NCBI GenBank assembly: GCA_017542475.1
Contig: JAFXXD010000024.1
Span: 1,097-65,096, forward strand
DNA from: Ruminococcus sp.
GTDB taxonomy: Bacteria > Bacillota > Clostridia > Oscillospirales > Ruminococcaceae
Direction of reading: 5' to 3'
Length of the DNA stretch: 64,000 nt
Made by a program: the position numbers and the translations under genes. Below the pieces are notes generated by a model, which ran no database searches, was not told where the DNA came from, and saw only the letters and a program-made list of their open reading frames with translations. Shown here piece by piece: positions 43,417 to 51,580 of this stretch; positions within the stretch are counted from its first letter, which is position 1; each line of letters begins with the position of its first letter.

Positions 43417-43830
43417 ATGCTTCACGAAAAATCATGCGGAGCTATTGTTTATCGTAAATACCACGGCAACACCGAGATACTGCTGATAAAGCATATCAAC
43501 AGCGGACACTGGTCGTTCCCGAAGGGTCACGTCGAAGCAGGCGAGACCGAGGTCGAGACGGCTATGCGCGAGATAAAGGAAGAGACCGACATCGACGTCA
43601 TCATCGACCCCACCTTCCGCGAGACTGTCACCTACTCGCCGAAGAAGGATACTATGAAGGTGGTCGTATACTTCCTCGCAAGGGCGCGGAATGTTGACTA
43701 CCACCCGCAGGAGGACGAGATAGCGGAGGTACGCTGGGTCGATATCTCATACGCGTCGAATATCCTCTCCTACGAAAACGATAAGACCATAGTTACCAAG
43801 GCTAAATCGGCTATCAAAGAAGCTCTTTGA
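43417..43830 (+). CDS. Nudix hydrolase (Ap4A-hydrolase-like)
   Basis: SCGAIV, HWSFPKGHVEAGETEVETAMREIKEETDI Nudix box. Confidence 0.92.
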   Translation: MLHEKSCGAIVYRKYHGNTEILLIKHINSGHWSFPKGHVEAGETEVETAMREIKEETDIDVIIDPTFRETVTYSPKKDTMKVVVYFLARARNVDYHPQEDEIAEVRWVDISYASNILSYENDKTIVTKAKSAIKEAL

Positions 43831-43964
43831 GATATACCGCAGGAACGGGCGACCCTCCTGCGGTTTTTTCTGCGCCTTGCATATGATAAATATATCCGTG
43901 GTATTTGATTAATTGATATAAACAATAAATATGCCAATCATATATGCTGATAAAAATTATATAT

Positions 43965-43993
43965 TTGATTCTCTGTCTATCGTGTGCTATAAT
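43965..43993 (+). promoter_or_regulatory. Orphan SigA promoter
   Basis: TTGATT-17 bp-TATAAT with an extended TG; no ORF lies downstream before a terminator. Confidence 0.7.
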
Positions 43994-43999
43994 AAAAGC

Positions 44000-44111
44000 A
44001 TAGAAAGAGCGGATACATCATAACACACGCTTTCTTTAAAGTTTTTCTCTAATTTCATCCTTTATAAAAAAGAACGAGAAACTGTCCCCCAAGAGTTTCT
44101 CGTTCTTTTTT
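44000..44111 (+). ncRNA. Candidate small RNA, about 110 nt
   Basis: Bracketed by the promoter above and the terminator aaaaaagaacgagaaact...agtttctcgttctttttt; has a 5' hairpin and a CU-rich unpaired middle. Confidence 0.5.
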
Positions 44112-44139
44112 GTCTTAAAATTCGGAAAACAGCGGTGTT

Positions 44140-44215
44140 TGTAGGGGCTGATGCTCACATCAGCCCGCATAGCTGACCGAAATTCGACGGGGCGATGTGG
44201 GCATCGCCCCCTACA
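44140..44215. repeat. Inverted REP pair
   Basis: TGTAGGGGCTGATGCTCACATCAGCCCG...CGGGGCGATGTGGGCATCGCCCCCTACA. Confidence 0.85.
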
Positions 44216-44271
44216 CTTTTATCTGAAAATATGCAACAAAAAAGGCGGACACACGTGTCCGCCCGTAATTA

Positions 44272-45210
44272 TCATTCTTCCTCCGTACCGATAGACTGCT
44301 CAACGAAGTTCGCGAGGAACTCGATGAACTCCTTTATCAGGCGGTTGTTTTCGTTGCTCTTCTTACAGACAACAAGGTCGCGCATACGTATATTCGCATA
44401 CGAGCACTTCTTCAGGACTATGCCGCCTGTCACGAATGCCTGCTTCGGCATCGGCGAGACCCACATAAATGTGTTCTTTACCGTGTTCATAAGGCTCATC
44501 TTGCTTCCGCGGTCGTAGACGTAGAGGAGGCGGTTCTGCATATCGTCGGGGTACTCGGGATTTACGCAGTTCTTTCCGAAGACGCTCAGCTCGTCGTCGC
44601 CGTGGATTATCTGCACGTAGTTCTTGAGCTCCTCGAACGGCACGTCGTCGTACTGGGCGAGCGGGTGGGTGTCACGCATAAGGAGCTTCATCGTGTACTC
44701 CGTAATGGTGCGGCAGCTGAGCTTGCGGCTCTTGAGCTGCTCCGCATACACGCCGAGCTGGCTCGACGGGATACGGATAACGCCGATGTCGGCGCGTCCT
44801 CCGCTGACGTCCTCTATGATTTTATTTGTAACTGTCTCCGCGAGGTGTATACCTATCTTATCCGTGTCGGGGAAGGAGTTTATCCATAATCCTACAGCGG
44901 GCGCGATATAGCCTGACATAGTAGATTCTATCCTGAGTGAAACGGTATCGTCGGCTCTGTTGGAGTAGTCCTCCTCGAGGCTGTGCATACTCTCAACTAT
45001 CTCCTTTGCTCTGAGGAGAAAGTCCTCGCCCTCGGGGGTGAGCACCATACCGTTGGGGGTACGCCAGAATATCTGCATACCTATCTCGGATTCGAGCTCC
45101 TTGAGCGCGATACTTATATTAGGCTGAGCCTGATAGAGCTTTTTCGCAGCGGCAGTGATACTGCCCTCCTGTGCGATAGCGATGACATATTCCAGTTGCT
45201 GGAGTTTCAT
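44272..45210 (-). CDS. LysR-family transcriptional regulator
   Basis: MKLQQLEYVIAIAQEGSITAAAKKLYQAQPNIS..LKELE.EIG..IF.RT..GM.LT.EG. Confidence 0.95.
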   Translation of the reverse strand: MKLQQLEYVIAIAQEGSITAAAKKLYQAQPNISIALKELESEIGMQIFWRTPNGMVLTPEGEDFLLRAKEIVESMHSLEEDYSNRADDTVSLRIESTMSGYIAPAVGLWINSFPDTDKIGIHLAETVTNKIIEDVSGGRADIGVIRIPSSQLGVYAEQLKSRKLSCRTITEYTMKLLMRDTHPLAQYDDVPFEELKNYVQIIHGDDELSVFGKNCVNPEYPDDMQNRLLYVYDRGSKMSLMNTVKNTFMWVSPMPKQAFVTGGIVLKKCSYANIRMRDLVVCKKSNENNRLIKEFIEFLANFVEQSIGTEEE

Positions 45211-45439
45211 ATTTCTGCCCTCACTTATGATATATTCGACTTATATTATATCATATATAAAACTTATATTCAAGTAATTATTTATGTAATTTCAACAATT
45301 TGTAAACTCTCACAAGAATGATATGCGTTATCGCGGCTTCGATGTAGAAATTGTCCCGAAAAAACCTCTTTCCGCAAAAATCCGCCTCGGCAGGGAGCCT
45401 GCACTTTTCGGCGGGGCACCACTCGGGCGGATAGTTGTA

Positions 45440-45673
45440 TCATTCGATTGTAACAGAGACCTTGAGGTCGCTCTTTGCGGCGCCTGCTCTCATAATGGTC
45501 CTGAGAGCCTTGGCTATTCTGCCCTGCTTTCCGATAACACGTCCCATATCATCGGGAGCAACGGAAAGGTGGAAAACGATAACGCCTTCCGCATCGGGCT
45601 CGTCCTCGACGATCTTTATAGCCGACTTGTCCTCAACGAGACCTGCCGCGATCGCATACAGTAAATCTTTCAT
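45440..45673 (-). CDS. khpA: KH-domain RNA-binding protein KhpA (YlqC)
   Basis: DDMGRVIGKQGRIAKALRTI; lies downstream of rpsP. Confidence 0.95.
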   Translation of the reverse strand: MKDLLYAIAAGLVEDKSAIKIVEDEPDAEGVIVFHLSVAPDDMGRVIGKQGRIAKALRTIMRAGAAKSDLKVSVTIE

Positions 45674-45741
45674 AGTAACCTCCGAAAGCTCCCGGAACAG
45701 AGGCTGAGACGGATAGTCTCACCTCCTCCGCAGCTATTGCA

Positions 45742-45984
45742 TTAAAGAATGCCTTCCTTCTTAAGGATGACCTTTACAGTGTCTGTAGGCTGAGCACCCT
45801 TTGCGATCCACTCCTTAGCCTTATCAGCGTCGATCTTGACAACCGAGGGCTCCTTAGTGGGATCATAGTAACCGATCTCCTCAACGAAACGACCGTCTCT
45901 GGGGTATCTGGAATCAGCTACGACTACGCGATAGAAAGGAGCCTTCTTAGCGCCCATTCTTCTGAGTCTGATCTTTACTGCCAT
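45742..45984 (-). CDS. rpsP: 30S ribosomal protein S16
   Basis: [42 protein letters not shown]. Confidence 0.99.
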   Translation of the reverse strand: MAVKIRLRRMGAKKAPFYRVVVADSRYPRDGRFVEEIGYYDPTKEPSVVKIDADKAKEWIAKGAQPTDTVKVILKKEGIL

Positions 45985-46045
45985 TGTATATTCACCTCCG
46001 TATGGTTAATGTATATTCAAGCGGCGGGAGACGTCGCATTGAAAG

Positions 46046-46261
46046 CTATTTTGAGAAAACAAATTCCGCAACATAGGACAGGAGCACGCACACCACGGCT
46101 ATTGCGCGTATGATATTGCGTGTCTGCTTGTTTGCGTCCTTGAGCACGAAGCCCAAAATGATAAGTACGACCAGCGGCACATAGAACAGTATGTTGCCGA
46201 CGAGCGTCTTATGGTGATATCTCGACCTTGCCGCGAGCGCGGTGAAATACTGCGCACCCAT
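46046..46261 (-). CDS. Small two-TM membrane protein
   Basis: TGATG overlap with the ffh stop; two hydrophobic segments. Confidence 0.6.
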   Translation of the reverse strand: MGAQYFTALAARSRYHHKTLVGNILFYVPLVVLIILGFVLKDANKQTRNIIRAIAVVCVLLSYVAEFVFSK

Positions 46262-47643
46262 CAGAACGGAAGGTCTCCGCCGCCCTTGCCCGTCATCTTG
46301 TCGAAGTTCATACCTGCGAGCTGCTTGCGGGCTTTGCGGAGGTTCATCTTGCTGTTTTTGCCTGTGAACTGCTTCATCATCTTCTGCATCTGCTCGAACT
46401 GCTTGAGCAGGCGGTTGACGTCCTCTACCTTATTGCCCGAGCCCGCGGCGATACGCCTCTTGCGGGACGGATTTATGATAGAGGGCTTGGCTCTTTCAGC
46501 CTTGGTCATTGATGTTATCATAGCCTCGATGCGGTCGAGCTGGCTGTCGTCCACATCGACGTCCTTGAGCTTGTCGCCTACGCCGGGGAGCATACCGATT
46601 ATGGACTTCATCGAGCCCATTTTCTTTATCTGCTTCATCTGGTCGAGCAGGTCGTCCATATCGAACTTGTTTTCCTTGAATTTCTGGGTGAGCTTTTCCG
46701 CGTCCTTCTGGGACATAACGTTCTCAGCCTTCTCGATGAGGGTGAGGACATCGCCCATGCCGAGGATACGCGAAGCCATACGCTCGGGGTGGAACTGCTC
46801 GAAGTCGTCGAGCTTCTCGCCCATACCGACGTACTTGATAGGCTTACCTGTTACCGCGAGTACGGACAGCGCCGCACCGCCTCTTGTATCGGAATCGAGC
46901 TTCGACATCAGCACGCTCGTTATGCCTACGGCTTCATCGAAAGCCTTGGCAACGTTTACGGCGTCCTGACCTGTCATAGCATCGACAACGAGCATTATCT
47001 CGTCGGGAGCAGTGAGCTCCTTTATCTTCTTGAGCTCGTCCATAAGCGCCTCATCAACGTGGAGACGTCCCGCTGTGTCTATGATGAGCACGTCGTGACC
47101 GTAGTCCTTGGCGTGCTTGAGAGCTTCCTGCGCGATGATGACGGGGTCTGTCTGACCCATTTCAAATACCTTTACGTCAGCCTTCTGACCTACTATCTGT
47201 AGCTGGTTTATAGCCGCAGGACGGTAGATATCGCAGGCTGCGAGCAGGGGGCGGTGACCCTCCTTCTTCAGCATTTTCGCGAGCTTTGCGGCGTGGGTGG
47301 TCTTACCCGAGCCCTGAAGTCCGCACATCATAATTACCGTGGGCGGCTTCGACGCGAAATTTATCCTTGCGTTGCTGTTACCCATAAGGGCAACGAGCTC
47401 GTCGTTAACTATTTTTATTACCTGCTGAGCAGGAGTGAGGCTCGAAAGGACCTCCTCGCCGACGGCTCTCTCCGAGACCTTTTTGACGAAGTCCTTCACG
47501 ACCTTGTAGCTTACGTCAGCCTCGAGGAGTGCGAGCTTTACCTCGCGCATAGCCTCGTTGACGTCGCTCTCTGAGAGCTTTCCCCTTGATTTCAGCTTTT
47601 TGAACACGTTATTCAGTTTCTCGGAAAGTCCTTCAAATGCCAT
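46261..47643 (-). CDS. ffh: Signal recognition particle protein Ffh
   Basis: GLQGSGKTT, DIYRPAA, DTAGR, SKLDSDTRGGAALS, RILGMGD and a Met-rich M domain. Confidence 0.99.
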   Translation of the reverse strand: MAFEGLSEKLNNVFKKLKSRGKLSESDVNEAMREVKLALLEADVSYKVVKDFVKKVSERAVGEEVLSSLTPAQQVIKIVNDELVALMGNSNARINFASKPPTVIMMCGLQGSGKTTHAAKLAKMLKKEGHRPLLAACDIYRPAAINQLQIVGQKADVKVFEMGQTDPVIIAQEALKHAKDYGHDVLIIDTAGRLHVDEALMDELKKIKELTAPDEIMLVVDAMTGQDAVNVAKAFDEAVGITSVLMSKLDSDTRGGAALSVLAVTGKPIKYVGMGEKLDDFEQFHPERMASRILGMGDVLTLIEKAENVMSQKDAEKLTQKFKENKFDMDDLLDQMKQIKKMGSMKSIIGMLPGVGDKLKDVDVDDSQLDRIEAMITSMTKAERAKPSIINPSRKRRIAAGSGNKVEDVNRLLKQFEQMQKMMKQFTGKNSKMNLRKARKQLAGMNFDKMTGKGGGDLPF

Positions 47644-47674
47644 GGGGACAAGCCTCCTTCATTCTATGTTTATG

Positions 47675-48010
47675 TCAGAGGAGCTCCTCGCTCCGTCTGA
47701 CGTGTGAAAGTATCGCGTTTCTGAGCTCCTCGTCGGGTATCTGCTCTGCCTCGTCGGCGATAGCGGCGAAGCACTCGCGCATTTTCCCGAGCCTCTCGGC
47801 GAATCCGAGCCGCTCCTCGTACCCGAGCAGTATGCTCTCGGTGCGCTTTATGAGGCTTCTCACTGCCTGACGCGTTATCCCGAGGGGAGCGCCTATCTCG
47901 GCGAGCGAGAGATCCTCGCAGTAGTAGAGCTCCATCACGCTGCGCTGGTGCTCGGTGAGGAGGTCGCCGTAGCAGTCGAGGAGCATCACGAATTTAAGTT
48001 CCTTAGCCAT
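47675..48010 (-). CDS. ylxM: YlxM/UPF0122 DNA-binding protein
   Basis: LLDCYGDLLTEHQ..MELYY.EDLSLAEI...GITRQAV; upstream of ffh; promoter TTGACA-17-TATAAT at 48054-48082. Confidence 0.93.
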   Translation of the reverse strand: MAKELKFVMLLDCYGDLLTEHQRSVMELYYCEDLSLAEIGAPLGITRQAVRSLIKRTESILLGYEERLGFAERLGKMRECFAAIADEAEQIPDEELRNAILSHVRRSEELL

Positions 48011-48121
48011 TTTCTATCTCCCGCAAAGGGTGTAACCTAAAATCACTTTACACATTATACACTATGCCGCCGCATTTGTCAAGTACTTTTTTGATTTTTT
48101 TCAAGGGCAGAGCCCTTGTCT

Positions 48122-48149
48122 GAGCTCTTAGTTCTTAGCTCTTAGTTCT
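48122..48149. repeat. Heptamer tandem repeat x4
   Basis: gagctct tagttct tagctct tagttct, whose reverse complement AGA(A/G)CT(A/C) is the same family as 21081. Confidence 0.7.
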
Positions 48150-48272
48150 CTTTCCGCCGTTGAATTATTCCTTGACATCTCACCTATAAAGTTATATAAT
48201 AATTGTGTACAGATTGTTGACGCCGTTGTGCGTTATTTCATAAATTATGCTATCAGCAGAATGGAGACAGTT

Positions 48273-50555
48273 ATGGAATATCTCGAAAACAGAGAGCTCT
48301 CATGGCTTAAATTCAACAAGCGCGTGCTTGAGGAGGCGGTATGTCCCGAGACACCCGTGCTCGAGCGTATTTCCTTCTCGGCTATATATCAGAGCAACCT
48401 CGACGAATTCTTTATGGTCCGCGTAGGCTCTATCTCCGAGGACGAAAAGGACGAGAAGGAGAAGAAAAAGAAAAAGAGCAAGGCTGACAAGAACTCGGGT
48501 ATGTCGGCTTCCGAGCAGCTCGACGCCGTATTCACCGCAGTCCGCAGATTACAGCCCTCGGTCGAGGAGGCTTACCGCAGGAATATGGCGGAGCTCGCGC
48601 CCTTCGGCTTCGAGCACGTCAGCTTCGAGACAGCCTCGCCCGAGGAGCTCAATTTCCTCGAGCTCTACTTCAAGCGCGAGATAAAGCCCTTCATATCGGG
48701 ACTTGTCATCAACGACGCCCTGCCGTTCCCGTTCCTTCGCAATAAGGAGCTCTACGTGGCGGTACTGCTCGGCGCGAAAAAGGGTATGACCATTGGTATG
48801 ATACCTGCCACCAGCAAGGAGAGGGAGCGTATGATACCTCTCGGAAACGGCGGCAGACGCTTCATCCTTGAGGAGGAGGTCATTCTCCACTTCGCGCACC
48901 TGATGTTCAAGGGCTATAAGGTTCAGGACAGAGCCGTTATGCGCGTGACGAGAAGCGCCGATATAATGGTCGATAACAAGGGCGCGGACTTCCGCGACCG
49001 TATGGAGGAGCTCGTGTTCAAGCGCACAAAGCTCGCTCCCGTGCGCCTTGAAATAACCGATGAATTCAGCCGCGACGGTCTCGACTACATATGCAAAAAG
49101 CTGAAGCTGAAGAACGGGCGCGTGTTCAACTCGCATATCCCGCTCGACCTCTCGTACCTCTATCAGCTTCAGGACCTCGACGAGGACCCCAAGCACCACT
49201 ACCACAAGCTCTCGCCGCGCAAGGCGGCTATGCTTGCGGATAACCGCCCTGTCTTCGCACAGGTAAAGGCTAAGGACATACTCCTCAGCTACCCCTTCGA
49301 GGCTATGACGACCTCGTTTATCCGTCTGCTTGAGGAATCCGCGGCAGACCCGAAGGTCGTATCCATAAAGATAACGCTCTACCGCGTCGCCCGCAACAGC
49401 AAGGTGATAAGCGCTCTGTGCGCCGCCGCCGAGAACGGCAAGGACGTCACGGTGATGATAGAGCTCCGTGCACGCTTCGACGAGGCGAACAACATCGAGT
49501 GGTCGAAGGTGCTGCAAAAGGCGGGCATAAAGGTCTACTACGGACCGAAGGAGTTCAAGGCGCACTCGAAGCTCCTTCTCATCACGAGGAAGGCTGTGGG
49601 CGGCGGCTTCGACTACGTTACGCAGGTCGGAACAGGCAACTACAACGAAAAAACTGCCGCTCTGTACACGGATATGATGCTCCTTACAGCTGACAGGGAC
49701 ATCGCCGCGGACGCGGAGGCAGTGTTCGATTCGCTCATAAACGGCACATTCGTTGAGGCTCCGAGGAAGCTCCTCGTGTCGCCTCTCGCGCTCAGACCGC
49801 AGGTGCTCGCGATGATGGACGAGCAGATAGGCATCGCAAGAAGCGGCGGCGACGGCTACATAGCCGCGAAGGTCAACTCCCTCAACGACAGCGCCATCAT
49901 CGAGAAGCTCATTGAGGCTTCACGTGCGGGCGTAAGGATAGAGCTCGTGGTGAGAGGCATATGCTGTATCATCGCGGGAGTACCCGGCTTCACCGAGAAT
50001 GTGAAGGTGCGCAGTATCGTGGGACGCTTCCTTGAGCACAGCCGCATATTCATCTTCGGCAGCGAGAACAGGGAGCAGAAGATATACCTCGGCAGCGCCG
50101 ACTGGATGAGCAGGAATACCGTAAAGCGCGTAGAGGTGGCGGCTCCCGTGGAGGACGAGCGCCTGAAAAAGCGTATCAGGGATATGTTCCGCGTGCTGAT
50201 GAGCGACAACGTAAAAGCCCGCGAGATGCAGAGCGACGGCTCATACGTCCGTGCCGAGCGCAGGGACGGCGAGGAGGCTGTAAACTCGCAGGAATATTTC
50301 TACGCTGAGGCATATAAGCGCCTTGAAGAGAAGAGCGCGAAGCAGGCACGTATGAAGAACGCCCGCGAGCACATAGCTTCGGCTAAGACAGCGGCAAAGT
50401 CCGCGGCGAAGAAGTCTGCTCCCGCGAAGGCTGAGACTACAGCGAAAAAAGCCGCGGCTCCCAAGAAGTCGGCAGGTGTGAAGAGATCCGCGGCGGCGAA
50501 GAAGACCACTGCGGCAAAGAGGACGACCTCGCGCCCGAAGAAAAAGGATTCGTGA
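48273..50555 (+). CDS. ppk1: Polyphosphate kinase 1 with a K/A-rich C-terminal tail
   Basis: NRELSWL.FN.RVL, SNLDEFFMVRV, IKITLYR, ELRARFDEANN, KAHSK (phospho-His), GTGNYN, VGRFLEHSR, GSADWM.RN; promoter TTGACA-17-TATAAT at 48172-48200. Confidence 0.96.
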   Translation: MEYLENRELSWLKFNKRVLEEAVCPETPVLERISFSAIYQSNLDEFFMVRVGSISEDEKDEKEKKKKKSKADKNSGMSASEQLDAVFTAVRRLQPSVEEAYRRNMAELAPFGFEHVSFETASPEELNFLELYFKREIKPFISGLVINDALPFPFLRNKELYVAVLLGAKKGMTIGMIPATSKERERMIPLGNGGRRFILEEEVILHFAHLMFKGYKVQDRAVMRVTRSADIMVDNKGADFRDRMEELVFKRTKLAPVRLEITDEFSRDGLDYICKKLKLKNGRVFNSHIPLDLSYLYQLQDLDEDPKHHYHKLSPRKAAMLADNRPVFAQVKAKDILLSYPFEAMTTSFIRLLEESAADPKVVSIKITLYRVARNSKVISALCAAAENGKDVTVMIELRARFDEANNIEWSKVLQKAGIKVYYGPKEFKAHSKLLLITRKAVGGGFDYVTQVGTGNYNEKTAALYTDMMLLTADRDIAADAEAVFDSLINGTFVEAPRKLLVSPLALRPQVLAMMDEQIGIARSGGDGYIAAKVNSLNDSAIIEKLIEASRAGVRIELVVRGICCIIAGVPGFTENVKVRSIVGRFLEHSRIFIFGSENREQKIYLGSADWMSRNTVKRVEVAAPVEDERLKKRIRDMFRVLMSDNVKAREMQSDGSYVRAERRDGEEAVNSQEYFYAEAYKRLEEKSAKQARMKNAREHIASAKTAAKSAAKKSAPAKAETTAKKAAAPKKSAGVKRSAAAKKTTAAKRTTSRPKKKDS

Positions 50556-50687
50556 CGCGTCACAGAATTTACCGAAAAAATAAGTCGAAAAAGCTTGCAG
50601 TTTTGCCGAAGATATGTTATAATAGTATCTATATCGGTATCACACTTTATACCGAACGGATAAACTGACCTTTTAGAGGATGAAATA

Positions 50688-51332
50688 ATGATAGGTTTTT
50701 ACAACTATACGGTCATTCTGACGTATCTCAGCCTCGTCTCGTCCATAATCGGCATTATGCTCGCGTGCGGGCTCTGCGGCGGCGAGCCGCGTCCCACCTA
50801 TGCGATAATCTGCCTTATGATATCGGGACTCTGCGATATGTTCGACGGCAAAATTGCCCGCACCAAGAAGGACCGTACCGACGACGAAAAGAAATTCGGC
50901 ATACAGATAGATTCGCTCTGCGACGCGATTTGCTTCGGTGTACTGCCTGCCGTTATCGGCTATTCTGTGGGACTTGACAGCTGGGTGGACGTGCCTGTGC
51001 TGGCTCTGTTCCCGCTGTGCGCGGTGATAAGGCTCGCGTACTTCAACGTCACCGAGGAGTCCCGACAGAAGAAGACCGCCGAGGTGCGCAAGGTCTATGA
51101 GGGTCTGCCCGTGACGAGCGTGTCGCTGATACTGCCGCTGCTGTACAGCTTCCACAAGGACATCGGCGAGCGGTGCTTCCCCGCGGTGTACGGCTCGGCT
51201 ATGCTGATAATCGCCATCGCGTTCATCACGCGCGTGAAGGTCAAGAAGCCGAGTATGAAGACGATGTTCATATTCATCGGTATCGGCGTACTGGAGTTCA
51301 TCTGGCTGATGTACAAGACCAAGACTAAATAA
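50688..51332 (+). CDS. pssA: CDP-diacylglycerol--serine O-phosphatidyltransferase-like protein
   Basis: DMFDGKIAR...FGIQIDSLCDAICFG CDP-alcohol motif, RLAYFNV, YEGLPV; terminator at 51330-51360. Confidence 0.8.
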   Translation: MIGFYNYTVILTYLSLVSSIIGIMLACGLCGGEPRPTYAIICLMISGLCDMFDGKIARTKKDRTDDEKKFGIQIDSLCDAICFGVLPAVIGYSVGLDSWVDVPVLALFPLCAVIRLAYFNVTEESRQKKTAEVRKVYEGLPVTSVSLILPLLYSFHKDIGERCFPAVYGSAMLIIAIAFITRVKVKKPSMKTMFIFIGIGVLEFIWLMYKTKTK

Positions 51333-51580
51333 AAAAAACGGGCATATTGCCCGTTTTTTGTTATGCCGACAGTTAAATCAACAGTGTTTAAGTCCCGCGA
51401 TTGGTGAATTTCTCTAAAAATCGCGGGATTAATTCTACGTTCAGGCATATACAAAATGCACAAATGTTGTTGACTTGATTTTGACATTGTGTTAGAATAT
51501 AATCAGCGCAGTGTGTGCAGACACTGTAACAGGGAGATTTTACCACACACCATCGAATCCGAAAAAGGAGGTAGATCACG

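Noticed and set aside
43931-44023. 30-aa ORF MPIIYADKNY... spanning the orphan promoter
   Set aside because: It has no RBS and runs through the -35 and -10 boxes; likely a chance ORF in AT-rich DNA.
45380-45436. SRP RNA or other ncRNA after khpA
   Set aside because: It lacks the SRP helix-8 CAGG...GGAA...AGCAG pattern and is best explained as a large-loop terminator.
45210-45440. Absence of rimM-trmD-rplS after khpA, and of yajC and atpI
   Set aside because: Such operon splits are common in Clostridia and cannot be judged without the rest of the genome.
45985-46019. 10-bp direct repeat TGTATATTCA upstream of rpsP
   Set aside because: Only two short AT-rich copies, with no supporting context.
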